64,000 bases of DNA. Origin: Spirochaetia bacterium. GTDB taxonomy: Bacteria > Spirochaetota > Spirochaetia > SZUA-6 > Bin103. The notes under the pieces were generated by a model. That model made no database searches. It saw nothing but the letters and a program-made list of their open reading frames with translations, and was not told where the DNA came from. Shown in pieces: positions 9,734 through 19,753 of the stretch (its first letter is position 1; each line of letters opens with the position of its first letter). The stretch spans positions 3,040,001 through 3,104,000 of the forward strand of contig OZ241863.1 of NCBI GenBank assembly GCA_965203055.1, in the 5' to 3' direction. The position numbers and the translations under genes are program-made.

Positions 9734-10137
9734 CAACTCCCCTCCTGCCGCTGTGCGGCTCAGTATATCGCCCATCGCCTCGGGCGTGTCTTCAGGCCCC
9801 GTCTCCGCGATATAGTGCATGAACATCTTCATGTCGTCCTGACCGCCGCTTCCTTCCCGCTCCAAGTCGTCCAGCAGCGGCCGCATCCGCGCCCGTGCCT
9901 CCCGCACCGCGCGGCTGAAGGCGTGCATCATCGTCAGTTGCAGCAACCGCGCCCGGACGCTGCCGGCCGCCTGCGCCGGCGACATTTGAGTCTGGTCGAA
10001 CAGCACGTGCTCGAACCGGGGCAGCCATGGCCAGTCCCGCGTTGCGGCCGGAAACAGGTCAGCGAACTGCGGGGAGTGCTGCCAGCCGGTGGGACCCTGG
10101 TAGAAGACCAGCGGCAGGATCGGGCGCAGGTAGCCGG
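9476..10137 (-). pseudogene. Rpn/YhgA-like recombination-promoting nuclease, 5'-truncated (copy 1)
   Basis: YLRPILPLVFYQG...W...FADLF and C-terminal EGR-type repeats. The N-terminal PD-(D/E)XK part is absent and similarity to copy 2 stops near 10137. Confidence 0.75.
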
Positions 10138-10287
10138 AATAACGGGCCGGCTGTCTGTGGCGCTTCAACGCGCGGCGGTCACGGCCGCCGAATCGATCAC
10201 GACGGGGCAGCCGCCGCCGCAAGCGGGCGCCGTGGCCGGTGGACAATCGACGCGCGTCATGCGCCGGCCAGGCCAGGCAGTCCGCTC

Positions 10288-11403
10288 TCAGGAGGAGTAG
10301 GGATCGGCGGCGTCGCGCAGGCCGTCGCCGAGGAAGTTGTAGAGCAGCACCGTAATCACCACGAAGATGCAGGGGATGAGCAGCCACGGCTGACTCGCCA
10401 CCGCCTGGAAGTTCTGCGCGTCCTGCAGCAACGTGCCCCAACTCACCGCCGGCGGCTGGATGCCGAGCCCCAGAAAGCTCAGCGCGGTTTCGCCCAGGAT
10501 CATCGCCGGAATCGCCAGCGTCAGCGACACGATGATGTAGCTCAGGAACGACGGCAGCAGGTGCCCGAAGATGATGGCGCGTTCGGGCGCCGCCGACACC
10601 ACCGCGGCCATCACGAAGTCCTCCTCCCGCAGGGACAGGAAGCGGCCGCGCACCACGCGCGCGAGCTGGGTCCAGCCGACCAGCGACAGGATCAGCGTGA
10701 TGGCGAAGTAGGTGGTGAGCACGCTCCACTGCCGGGGTACCGCCGCGGCCAGCCCCATCCACAGCGGAATGGTGGGAATGGAGGACAGCAGGTCGACCAG
10801 CCGCATCACCACCCGGTCCGCGATGCCGCCAAAGTAGCCGGCCAGCCCGCCTAGCAGCACTCCCAGAACGGTGCTTACCGCCACCCCCACCAGGCCGATC
10901 GACAGGGAGATGCGGGCGGCGTGGAGCACCCGCGAAAACAGATCGCGCCCCAGCCGGTCGGTACCGAACAGAAACAGGGGCGCCCCGTCTGCGGCTTCCG
11001 CGTCCGGCACGAACAGATGCGCGCGCGTCTTGAACAGGCCCCAGAAGCGGTACTCCTCGCCGGCGCCGAAGAACCGGATCGGGTAGCGCCGCTCGCGGTC
11101 GAGCTCGTAGATCTTGCGCATCGTGTAGGGGTGGCGCTCCTGCCGCAGGCCGTACACGTACGCCCCGCCGGCGCCGCCGGCCAGTCGGATGAGATTCGGC
11201 GGCGCGTTCAGGTAGTCGGGAAAGCGCGTGGTCACCCCGTACGGGGCGACGAAGTCCGCAAACAACGCCGCCGCGTACATGAGCGCCAGGGCGGGGCCCG
11301 CCACCAGCGCCAGCCGGTGGCGGCGAAACTTCCACCACATCATGCGCCACTGCGACGCGACGTAGTAGCGGTCGTCGGCGCCCGCCCGCGCGCGCGTGCT
11401 CAC
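10288..11403 (-). CDS. ABC transporter permease, OppC/DppC family
   Basis: GTDRLGRD, EAA-loop region LREEDFVMAA, and C-terminal FLGDGLRDAADP. Confidence 0.92.
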   Translation of the reverse strand: MSTRARAGADDRYYVASQWRMMWWKFRRHRLALVAGPALALMYAAALFADFVAPYGVTTRFPDYLNAPPNLIRLAGGAGGAYVYGLRQERHPYTMRKIYELDRERRYPIRFFGAGEEYRFWGLFKTRAHLFVPDAEAADGAPLFLFGTDRLGRDLFSRVLHAARISLSIGLVGVAVSTVLGVLLGGLAGYFGGIADRVVMRLVDLLSSIPTIPLWMGLAAAVPRQWSVLTTYFAITLILSLVGWTQLARVVRGRFLSLREEDFVMAAVVSAAPERAIIFGHLLPSFLSYIIVSLTLAIPAMILGETALSFLGLGIQPPAVSWGTLLQDAQNFQAVASQPWLLIPCIFVVITVLLYNFLGDGLRDAADPYSS

Positions 11404-12398
11404 GACTCGAGGCGATCGAACCGGATGCGGGGATCGACCCAGGCCAGCACGATGTCCGAGATGAGGTTGCCGACCAGCACCAGGACGCTGAGGATCAGCA
11501 CGAAGCTGCCCGCCAGGTACATGTCCTGCGCCTGCAGCGCGCCCAGCAGCACCGGCCCGGTCGTCGGCAGATTGAGCACGATCGAGGTGATGGTCGCGCC
11601 GGAGATGATCGCCGGCAGCAGCCAGCCGATGCCGCTGATGATCGGGTTGACGGCAAGCCGCACCGGATACTTGAACAGCAGCCGGCCTTCACCGACCCCC
11701 TTGGCGCGCGCGGTCACCACGTACTGCTTGCGCAGCTCGTCCAGCAAGGTGCCGCGCATGACGCGGATCAACCCCGCCATCCCCGCGGTCCCGACCACCA
11801 GGACCGGCGCCCAGAGCCGTTGCAACATGCTCCACACCCGCGCCAGACTCCACGGCGCGTCGACGTACTCGGGCGCGAACAACCCGGTAATGGCGACGCC
11901 GAAGTAGCGGAACGCAATCCACAGGAGCACCAGCGCGAGCAGGAAGTTCGGGATCGCCAGCCCCACGAATCCCCAGAAGGTCCAGAAGTAGTCGAAGAAG
12001 GAATACTGCCGCACCGCCGAATAGACGCCGATCGGCACCGCCGTCAGGTAGGTGAAGATCAGGGTCGAGATGGTCACCACCAGCGTCAGTCCGATGCGCT
12101 CGCCGATCACGGCGGACACCGGCCGGTCATGGGCGAAGGACCAGCCGAGGTTGCCGCGCAGCACGATGTTGCGCAGCCACAGCAGGTACCGGGTATGGAC
12201 CGGCTTGTCCAGGCCGTAGTAGGCGGCGAGATTGGCCACCTGTTCGTCGGTGACCCGGTTCCCCTGGATCTCCAACTGCAGCATGTACGAGCTGAGATAA
12301 TCTCCCGGCGGGAGCTCGATGATCGCAAAGCTCACCGCCGAGATCAGGAACAGGAGCGGCACGAAGGCCGCCACCCGGCGCGCGACGTATTCAAGCAT
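11400..12398 (-). CDS. ABC transporter permease, OppB/DppB family
   Basis: Starts MLEYVARR at 12398; contains LPPGDY, YVVTARAKG and DPRIR. Confidence 0.92.
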   Translation of the reverse strand: MLEYVARRVAAFVPLLFLISAVSFAIIELPPGDYLSSYMLQLEIQGNRVTDEQVANLAAYYGLDKPVHTRYLLWLRNIVLRGNLGWSFAHDRPVSAVIGERIGLTLVVTISTLIFTYLTAVPIGVYSAVRQYSFFDYFWTFWGFVGLAIPNFLLALVLLWIAFRYFGVAITGLFAPEYVDAPWSLARVWSMLQRLWAPVLVVGTAGMAGLIRVMRGTLLDELRKQYVVTARAKGVGEGRLLFKYPVRLAVNPIISGIGWLLPAIISGATITSIVLNLPTTGPVLLGALQAQDMYLAGSFVLILSVLVLVGNLISDIVLAWVDPRIRFDRLES

Positions 12399-12421
12399 GT
12401 CCCCGCCGGGGCGCGGCGCGG

Positions 12422-14344
12422 TCAGTTCCCGTAATAGAGCTGCTCCGCGCTGTAGATCACCCACTGCGCCACGCCCTCGGTAAACACGTTGCGCAGTTGC
12501 CGGTTGACGATCAGCACGGTAGCCGGATTGTAGGTCACGTTGATCTGCGGGATGGTCTCGAAGAACGTCTGCCGGTAGCGGTCGACGATCTCCTGGTCCC
12601 ACGGGATTCCGGGACCGATGCCCAGGCCCAGGTCGTACAGCTCCCGGAACCACGCCGGCGGCTCCTCGCCCTGTTCGCCGCCCGACCGGTACCACTGCCG
12701 CCACGGCGGAATGTGGTTGATCAGGTGGTCCTTGGCATGGCCGAAGGCATGCAGCGTGGTCGCCTCGTTCCACAGCGTGTCGATCTGGTACTGGTTGGCG
12801 TTGCGGCGCTCTATGAACAGGCCGATCTCCACCACCCCCAGGGTGGTATACAGCCCCACCGCGCGGTAATGCTCGACGACCAGCTCGTTGGCCGGCACCG
12901 TGTCCGGCAGGTGCGCGGTCACCTCCAGGGCGATCTCGAAGCGCGACCCGTCGGGCGCCAGACGCCAACCGTCGGCGTCGCGCTGGTCCAGGCCCACCGC
13001 ATCCAGCAGCCGATTCGCCTCCTCGGGATCGTAGGCGGCGGGAATCCACTCCGGCGGCGACGCGAAGCCGTAGTACACCGCGTCGATGATCTCGCCGCGG
13101 TCGATCGCCAGGTTCAGCGCTTGGCGGAAGCGCAGGTCGCCGGCGAGCCGGCGCCACGTCGGGTCCTCGTAGCCGAAGTTGAAGGCGTGCACCACCGGGT
13201 TGTAGGCGACCCCGGAGGTGAGCGCCCGGTACCCCTTGTCCTCGTTTTCGCGGTAGAGCGGCAGGGACGATATCTTCGCCAGCTCGTCGGCCAGGTCGAC
13301 CTCCCCGGCGATGATCTTGAGGCTGGCGCCCTCCGGACCCTCCACCTTGGTGCTGACGATGCGGTCGATGTAGGGAAGCTGATTGCCGGCGGCGTCGACC
13401 TTGAAGTAGTAGGGGTTGCGCTCGAACACGGTCTGCGTCGGCGAGGTGCCGGTCACCACCCACGGATGCAGCACGGGAATGTCGACCACGTCCGGGGTCT
13501 TCGCTTCCCAGGGCGTGAGCATCTTGATCTGGAACAGGCGCGGCCACTCGTCGGCCAGCAGATCGGCGGCCGCGACCTTGGCCGCCAACTCCTCGGCGTC
13601 GGCGAAGTTGGCGTGGAACTGGGACAGGTAGTGCCGGGGCTGCAAGAAGCCGGTGTAGTCCATCCACGGCTTGTCGATTTCGTCCAGGAACCCGGGCGTC
13701 GGCGCCGAGAAGGTGATGCGATACGAGTAGTCGTCGATCACTTCCAGGTCGTAGACGTCCCCGGTGGGGCGCAGCCCGGAGCGGTACTGCCAGCCGACGT
13801 TGGGGGTGAGCTGCTCGTTGAGCAGGATCTCCTCGTAATGGAACGCCACGTCCGCCGTGGTCAGCGGTTCGCCGTCCGACCAGCGCATGCCGCGGCGCAA
13901 CTGAAAGGTGAACGTGGTGCCGTCCGGACTGATCTCGTAGCTCTCGTAGATGTTGCCGGTAAGCGGATGCCCCATGCTGATCCAGCCCGGCCGCGCCAGC
14001 AGCGTCTCGATGGTCATGAAGTACATCTCCGGCGCGAAGTTGGGCGCCAGGTTGATCAGCCGCACGTCGCCGCCGTAGGCGCCGATCGCCAGCTCGTCGA
14101 GCATGCCGTCGGGAGCGGCGCTCCGTTCCAGCGTGAGCACCAGCGGGTTCTCCGGGAGCCGCTCGTTCACCGGGGGCAGTTCGCCGGCGGCCACGCGCGC
14201 CGCCAGCAGCGGCGCTTCCTGATAGCCTCCGGCGCCGGTCGCGGCGCTCATGGGGGCGGCGCCTGCGGACTCTTCCTGACCGGTCGCCGCGGCCAGGACG
14301 CTGCCCGCCAGGAGCAGCGCAACTGTCATCAACACTCGATTCAC
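12422..14344 (-). CDS. ABC transporter substrate-binding protein, family 5
   Basis: GGAGG before GTG 14344; signal peptide; EAP..GELPPVNERLP, WSDGEPLT, RNPYYFKVD..GNQLPYID. Confidence 0.92.
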   Translation of the reverse strand: MNRVLMTVALLLAGSVLAAATGQEESAGAAPMSAATGAGGYQEAPLLAARVAAGELPPVNERLPENPLVLTLERSAAPDGMLDELAIGAYGGDVRLINLAPNFAPEMYFMTIETLLARPGWISMGHPLTGNIYESYEISPDGTTFTFQLRRGMRWSDGEPLTTADVAFHYEEILLNEQLTPNVGWQYRSGLRPTGDVYDLEVIDDYSYRITFSAPTPGFLDEIDKPWMDYTGFLQPRHYLSQFHANFADAEELAAKVAAADLLADEWPRLFQIKMLTPWEAKTPDVVDIPVLHPWVVTGTSPTQTVFERNPYYFKVDAAGNQLPYIDRIVSTKVEGPEGASLKIIAGEVDLADELAKISSLPLYRENEDKGYRALTSGVAYNPVVHAFNFGYEDPTWRRLAGDLRFRQALNLAIDRGEIIDAVYYGFASPPEWIPAAYDPEEANRLLDAVGLDQRDADGWRLAPDGSRFEIALEVTAHLPDTVPANELVVEHYRAVGLYTTLGVVEIGLFIERRNANQYQIDTLWNEATTLHAFGHAKDHLINHIPPWRQWYRSGGEQGEEPPAWFRELYDLGLGIGPGIPWDQEIVDRYRQTFFETIPQINVTYNPATVLIVNRQLRNVFTEGVAQWVIYSAEQLYYGN

Positions 14345-14470
14345 CGTGTTCCTCCGTCTCTCGGTCGGTCGTCGGTCGATGCAGCCCAGTATATGCCGGT
14401 CCCGCTGCGCCCACAATCGGCGGGGCAGCGGTCAGCAGCGGCCAGCGGTTACCTGCCTCAAGCGTTACCG

Positions 14471-17400
14471 TTACCCGGTGAGCGGCACCCGGATGCGCCC
14501 GCCGGCGCCGGGACCGAAGTCGGCGGAGGCTTCCGCTACGGGACGGCCGCCGGCATCGAGCACCCGGGCCGTGTAGCGGGCGGCGGCCGGCACCATGTTC
14601 CGCGCCTCGATGACGACGGCGCCGCCTGAGCGCCACGCGCGCACCCGATCGACCGTCTCCAGGGCGCCGACCCAGTCCCGTTGCGGCGCATCGCCCAGCC
14701 GGCAGGTCACGTCTCCGTAGCGGGCCAGGATTGGATCCACGTCCAAGCCCTCGGCCAGCATGTACATGCTCAGGATCGCCCCGTACTTGGTGGTCCAGTT
14801 GCCCCGGTAGGGCCAAGCCGGGAGCACGTCTTCCGTACCGCCGCCCAGGCAGGCGGCGTCGAACCGGGTATCGGGATTGAACGCATGCTGCGCCGGTACC
14901 CGCGCTTCCGACTGATAGTGCGCGTTGAGCCAGCGCCGCTTCTCTTCCGTCAGCGAGCTCTGCACCCCTTGATGCAGCAGCGCCCGGGCGCGCTCGAACC
15001 ACTCCGGGTCGGCGGTGTGACGCCACAGCCGCATCAGCTCCGCGGCGCCCTGGGCGTATACCAGATTGTTGGTGGAGTACTTGACGTCGACGGTGGTGCC
15101 GCCGACCGTCCGGTAGTCCCAACGGCCCAGCGGCAGGTGCTCCAGGCCGTCGGTGCGGACGTTGTAGTGGTACTGCCAGCTCCCGAACCAGCTCGCCGCC
15201 ACTTCCGCGGCGGCCAGCCAGCGCCGGTCGCCGGTGGCGGCGTACAGGTCGTTGTGGGCGGCCAGCAGCGCGTGGCCCTGGCGCTTGTCGATGTTGTAGA
15301 AATCCATCTCGGAGCCGGCGAAGACCGCGAAGCGCTCCATCACCTGCAGCGCCAGCTCGCCCAGCCGCACGGCGTAGTCCAGATAGCGCTGCTCGTTGCA
15401 GTGGCGGGCGGCCCGCACGTACGCCCAGATCAGATAGATGAAGTTGGTGGCGCCGCGCTCGCTCGGCTTGAGGAAGCGGATGTCCGCCGCGCGGGTCTGA
15501 CGGTCGGTCCAGCGCGAGCGCTCCCAGTAGAGGAGCCGGATGCGCCGCGCGGCCGGCTTGCCGGTGGCGCCGTCGATGCGCCCCGGTACGTCGGCGTCGG
15601 GAAACAGCTCCATGATCCGGTCGAGGGAGCCGCGCACCGCCGGCAGCCAGCTCCGCGGCGGCTCGCTCCCGTGCCGCCGGAACCGCTCGGCGCAGCGCAG
15701 ATACCAGTACAGCCCCTCGCCCAGCGGCCCCACGTCGATGCGGCCGGGGTCGTAGTAGGTGCCGAAGGCGTCGACGATCCCGGCGTGGTCCTCATGGTAA
15801 GTGGGATAGAGGATGCCGAGCGGCGAAATGCCGTGCTCGGCGAAGAAGTCGAGTGTGTCGACGGCGACCCGCACCGCGCCGCCGTCGTCGTGGCGCAGGC
15901 CGTGATCGAGGGCCGCATGGGCCGCCAGACCGGCCATGCCGGACCATGAGAAGCCGACGAAGCGATGGAAGTATTCCTTGGGCAGGAACCGCCCGTCGCC
16001 GGCCGGCGCATCGCCGTACACCCAGCGACCGACGTAGAAGACGCGGTAGGTCCGCCCGCCGCGCGTGATCTCCTGCATCAGCCCGCGGTCGTCGAGCATG
16101 GTCCGCAGGCGCAGATCGCAGTCGGCGCGCAGGGTGTGCGGCGGGTTGGTGGGGGAGTCGGGGTAGAGCTGGCGCCACGCCGCCGAGAGCGCGCCGCAGT
16201 AGCCGGGCCGGTAGACGGCGCCGCGGCGGCGGGCGGCGGCGTACAGATAGAGCGTCTTGGCGTACCGGGCGCCATCCTCCAGGGTGAGCCGTTCGTCGCT
16301 GTCCAGCAGCAGCCGGCGTCCGAACACGGCCGACTCCGGTACCTGATGCACCGCCTCGTACCGGCCCGACTCGGGGTCGACCTGCAACCGCACGCTAGCG
16401 GCCGCGTCGGCAGCGCGGCGCTGCGGCGCCGCCCAGCCGGCGCACACCCGCTCCGCGTCCTCGACGCTGAACCCGGCGGGGAGCGTGGAGGCCGCCTCGG
16501 GAAAGTCCTCGCCCAGGTAGTGGCACGCCTCGGCGGTGGGGTTGCCGTCGTACAGGAGCCCGGGGTGCAGGGTATGGCGCGCATGCGCGGCGGCAATCGG
16601 CAGGCGGCTGGTGAGCAGCAGCTTGACCCCGCTCAGCGCCGTCCCCCGGTAGCGCCAAGTGACCGACACGCGCCACAGGTCGGCGGCGCATGGCGCGACC
16701 GCGGCGTCGCAATAGAGCGAGCCGACCACCCCGCCCCGGCTGCGGTCGCGTATCTCGAAGAGACCGCCCGCGCCGCCGGCGCCGTCGACGCCCTGCGCGG
16801 CGGTCACGGTGAACCGTTCCGGCAACAGCGTCTCGAAGTCGAAGTTGCGCGCGCGGTCTCCCGCTTCGTCGACGCGCCGCGGGCTCGGGGCGCCGTCGGT
16901 CTGGCGGATGTCGTCGACCAGGATGAAGCCCCAGTCATCCTCCGGATAGCGGGGCGCGGCGTGCCAACCCCACGGTTCCACGGGAGCGTAGTCGAGTATC
17001 TGCAGGTACGCCTGCCGGCCGCGGAACTCCGCCACGTCCCAGCCGCGCCGCACCAGCTCCAGGTTGCGTTCGCCGGTAGCGGACCGCACCCGTTCCCAGC
17101 CGGCGGCGCCGTTCACGTACAGGTTCAGGCAGGTGACGTCCGCGAAGTCGCCGCCGCCGATCAGGAAGTCGATGCCGGCGCCGGCGATGGTGAATACCTC
17201 CGACTGCAGCTCGCCGATCAGGGTGCCCAGATTGCGGTTCTTGCTGTTCACCAGGCGCCGGCCCTGAAAGCCGGTCACCGCTCCCTGGCCGGGGAAGGCG
17301 CCGAGCGCCGGCTGCATGCCGAACGCCGTTCCGTTGGGCCGCACCTGGCCGGTGTCGTGGACGTTGAACGGAACCGAGCGAGAATCCCAGGCGCCGGCCA

Positions 17401-17509
17401 CGGGATGCCATCCCCGGTAGCGGTTCTGGCGGATATCGATGCCGGCGGTCAGTTCGACGGCGGCGGCCGCCGGCCCGACCGGCCAGCGCAGCGCGGTGCC
17501 CGCGGTCAC
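14471..17509 (-). CDS. Large carbohydrate-active-like protein (N-terminal beta-sandwich module plus probable (alpha/alpha)6 barrel)
   Basis: The N-terminal pattern FTI..IDFLIGGG..VRSATG..WDV..F.G..A.L.I.D..WGFILVDDI resembles modules attached to GH32-like enzymes. The C-terminal helical motifs LYAATGDRRWLAAA and LWRHTADPEW resemble six-hairpin glycosidases. It lies upstream of an ABC importer. Confidence 0.55.
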   Translation of the reverse strand: MTAGTALRWPVGPAAAAVELTAGIDIRQNRYRGWHPVAGAWDSRSVPFNVHDTGQVRPNGTAFGMQPALGAFPGQGAVTGFQGRRLVNSKNRNLGTLIGELQSEVFTIAGAGIDFLIGGGDFADVTCLNLYVNGAAGWERVRSATGERNLELVRRGWDVAEFRGRQAYLQILDYAPVEPWGWHAAPRYPEDDWGFILVDDIRQTDGAPSPRRVDEAGDRARNFDFETLLPERFTVTAAQGVDGAGGAGGLFEIRDRSRGGVVGSLYCDAAVAPCAADLWRVSVTWRYRGTALSGVKLLLTSRLPIAAAHARHTLHPGLLYDGNPTAEACHYLGEDFPEAASTLPAGFSVEDAERVCAGWAAPQRRAADAAASVRLQVDPESGRYEAVHQVPESAVFGRRLLLDSDERLTLEDGARYAKTLYLYAAARRRGAVYRPGYCGALSAAWRQLYPDSPTNPPHTLRADCDLRLRTMLDDRGLMQEITRGGRTYRVFYVGRWVYGDAPAGDGRFLPKEYFHRFVGFSWSGMAGLAAHAALDHGLRHDDGGAVRVAVDTLDFFAEHGISPLGILYPTYHEDHAGIVDAFGTYYDPGRIDVGPLGEGLYWYLRCAERFRRHGSEPPRSWLPAVRGSLDRIMELFPDADVPGRIDGATGKPAARRIRLLYWERSRWTDRQTRAADIRFLKPSERGATNFIYLIWAYVRAARHCNEQRYLDYAVRLGELALQVMERFAVFAGSEMDFYNIDKRQGHALLAAHNDLYAATGDRRWLAAAEVAASWFGSWQYHYNVRTDGLEHLPLGRWDYRTVGGTTVDVKYSTNNLVYAQGAAELMRLWRHTADPEWFERARALLHQGVQSSLTEEKRRWLNAHYQSEARVPAQHAFNPDTRFDAACLGGGTEDVLPAWPYRGNWTTKYGAILSMYMLAEGLDVDPILARYGDVTCRLGDAPQRDWVGALETVDRVRAWRSGGAVVIEARNMVPAAARYTARVLDAGGRPVAEASADFGPGAGGRIRVPLTG

Positions 17510-17753
17510 CGGCCCTCCGCGTGCGGCGCGCCCGCCGGGACGGCGGGCAACGAGATGGTGAGCGGCGCGCCGGGTCCAGCCTCCGCTATGGCGTGCGATG
17601 TCGCGACGACGGTCGGGCGCGTCATGCGACGGCTATGCGGTCCGCAACTCCGATACCGCCGGACGAGTCGGTCCTGCGCGCCGGCATCCCGCTCAGCCGT
17701 GCCGGCGGCTCCTGGTGAACGGCGGGGTGACTGATTTCCTCGGCGTGTCGTCG

Positions 17754-18752
17754 TCAGGTCCTGTCGCCGCCCGCCGCGGCCGCGCCGTTGGGTTGGCTCT
17801 TGAGCTTCTGATACTCCTGCTCGCCGATCCCGGTCGCCCGCTTGATCAACGACCAGTCGACGCCGGTCCGCAGGAAACCGTCGATCATCTCCAGCCGCCC
17901 CTCGCGCTGGCCTTCCAGGCGGCCTTCGCGGTGGCCTTCCTGTTGGCCTTCGCTCCGGCCCTCGCGGTGCCGCCGTTCGGCAACCGCTCGCATCTCGTCG
18001 CGCCCTTCCTGGCGCAGCCGCTCGCCGCTCGTCATCAGCTCCCCTCCTGCCGCCGTGTGGCTCAGTATATCGCCCATCGCCTCGGACGTGTCCTCAGGTC
18101 CCGTCTCCGCGATCGGCTCGCCGGTATCGGGATCGATCGGCCCCCGATCGTAGTCAGGCCATCCGTTCCTGCCTGGGTAGTAGTAGTGGTCGTCATGGCC
18201 TGCCACCAACCTGAACGACCCATCTGCGGAAGCGATGCCTTCCAGATCGGCCAGATCGTCGTGCCAATCTGTATCGTCGAGATCCTCCGGTGGGGGCCGG
18301 TCGAGCGGTCGACCGGAGTAGTCGCTGTCTACGGAAGCTTTCTTCTTGCCCATCCCTTCGCCATCAATAGCCTGTCGATATAGTGCATGAACATCTTCAT
18401 GTCGTCCTGACCGCCGCTTCCTTCCCGCTCCAAGTCGTCCAGCAGCGGCCGCATCCGCGCCCGCGCCTCCCGCATCGCGCGGTTGAAGGCGTGCATCATC
18501 GTCAGTTGCAGCAACCGCGCCCGGACGCTGCCGGCCGCCTGCGCCGGCGATATCTGAGTCTGGTCGAAGAGCACGTGCTCGAACCGGGGCAGCCATGGCC
18601 AGTCCCGCGTTGCGGCCGGGAACAGGTCAGCGAACTGCGGGGAGTGCTGCCAGCCGGTGGGCCCCTGGTAGAAGACCAGCGGCAGGATCGGGCGCAGGTA
18701 GCCGGCATCCTGGTGGTCCCGGCGGTCGTGCTCCCAGATGCGGCAGCAGTAG
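17754..18752 (-). pseudogene. Rpn/YhgA-like nuclease, 5'-truncated and interrupted (copy 2)
   Basis: Near-identical to 9476-10137 and extends further to YCCRIWEHDRR. It carries a 266-bp insertion at 18114-18379 and keeps the internal SD+ATG at 18035. Confidence 0.75.
18114..18379. other. 266-bp insertion flanked by a CGAT direct repeat
   Basis: Copy 1 reads gtctccgCGATatagtg; copy 2 reads gtctccgCGAT[insert]CGATatagtg, with CGAT at 18110-18113 and 18376-18379. Confidence 0.85.
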
Positions 18753-18831
18753 CCGGGCGGCGGTGGCGGTGCCTGACCCGCTCGGAGTATGGTGGCAGTG
18801 GATCGCGGCGTCCCGATCCAGGCGTTCAATC

Positions 18832-19704
18832 ATGGCATCCAGCGTTCTGAAAGAGATCGACCGGCTCAAGGGGGAGCTCGACGAATTGCGGCCGCTGCCG
18901 CCGGAGGTGGTCGCCCGCGTCGAACAGAAGCTGCGGATCGAGTCCAACTACCATTCCAACGCGGTCGAAGGCAATGCGCTCACCCTGGGCGAAACCCGGA
19001 GCCTGATCCTCCATGGCCTCACCGCGCGCGGCAAGCCGATGCGCGACCACCTGGACATCCAGGGACACGACCAGGCCGTCAAGACGATCGAACGGGCGGT
19101 CAAGGACGAAGAACCGCTCACCGAAGTCTTCATCCGCAACCTCCATCGCGTGCTGTTGAAGGAACCGTACGAAAACGCGGCGGTCACCCCGGACGGCCGC
19201 CGCTCCACGCGCCGCATTACGCCCGGCGACTACAAGACCACGCCGAACAACGTGGTGACCTCGACCGGCGAGATATATCACTTCACGCCGCCGGAGCAGG
19301 TGAAGCCGGCGATGAGCGATCTCATCGACTGGTACCGCGCTCGGGAGGCCGCCGGCGAACATCCGATCATCACCGCCGCAACCGTCCACTACCGATTCGT
19401 GCGCATCCACCCGTTCGACGACGGCAACGGACGCATGGCGCGCCTGCTGATGAACCTGATCCTGATCCGGCACGGCTACACCGTGGCCATCGTCCAGAGC
19501 GACCACCGAGAGCGCTACCTGCAAGAGCTCGAACGCGCCGATCGGACCGAAGACCTCGCGCAGTTCATCGACTACATCGCCTCCTGCAGTCGGTATGCGC
19601 TGACCCTGTACCTCAACGCCGCCCGCGGGGAACCGATCGAAGCTCCTGAAGACATCGACCGCGAAATAGCGCTCTTCAAGCGCACCATCCTGCGCGACGC
19701 CTGA
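18832..19704 (+). CDS. Fic family protein
   Basis: Canonical HPFDDGNGRMAR motif and N-terminal YHSNAVEGNALT. Confidence 0.92.
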   Translation: MASSVLKEIDRLKGELDELRPLPPEVVARVEQKLRIESNYHSNAVEGNALTLGETRSLILHGLTARGKPMRDHLDIQGHDQAVKTIERAVKDEEPLTEVFIRNLHRVLLKEPYENAAVTPDGRRSTRRITPGDYKTTPNNVVTSTGEIYHFTPPEQVKPAMSDLIDWYRAREAAGEHPIITAATVHYRFVRIHPFDDGNGRMARLLMNLILIRHGYTVAIVQSDHRERYLQELERADRTEDLAQFIDYIASCSRYALTLYLNAARGEPIEAPEDIDREIALFKRTILRDA

Positions 19705-19753
19705 GATATTCGATGGAGGTCATGCAGCGGTGGAGCACCGGCGTCGATTAGCA

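Noticed and set aside
9476..11350. 624-aa ORF as an intact Rpn gene
   Set aside because: The N-terminal part is an alternative frame of the OppC gene; Rpn similarity starts only near 10137.
11400..15122. 1240-aa ORF as a giant permease fusion
   Set aside because: Only the last 332 aa (from 12398) are permease. The rest is an off-frame read through the SBP and upstream gene.
17506..17625. 39-aa minus-strand ORF overlapping the start of the 1012-aa gene
   Set aside because: GTGA coupling is suggestive, but there is no RBS or recognisable motif; unsupported.
9476..18752. Duplicated Rpn segments as a DGR template/variable repeat pair
   Set aside because: Differences are not adenine-specific and no reverse transcriptase is present in the window.
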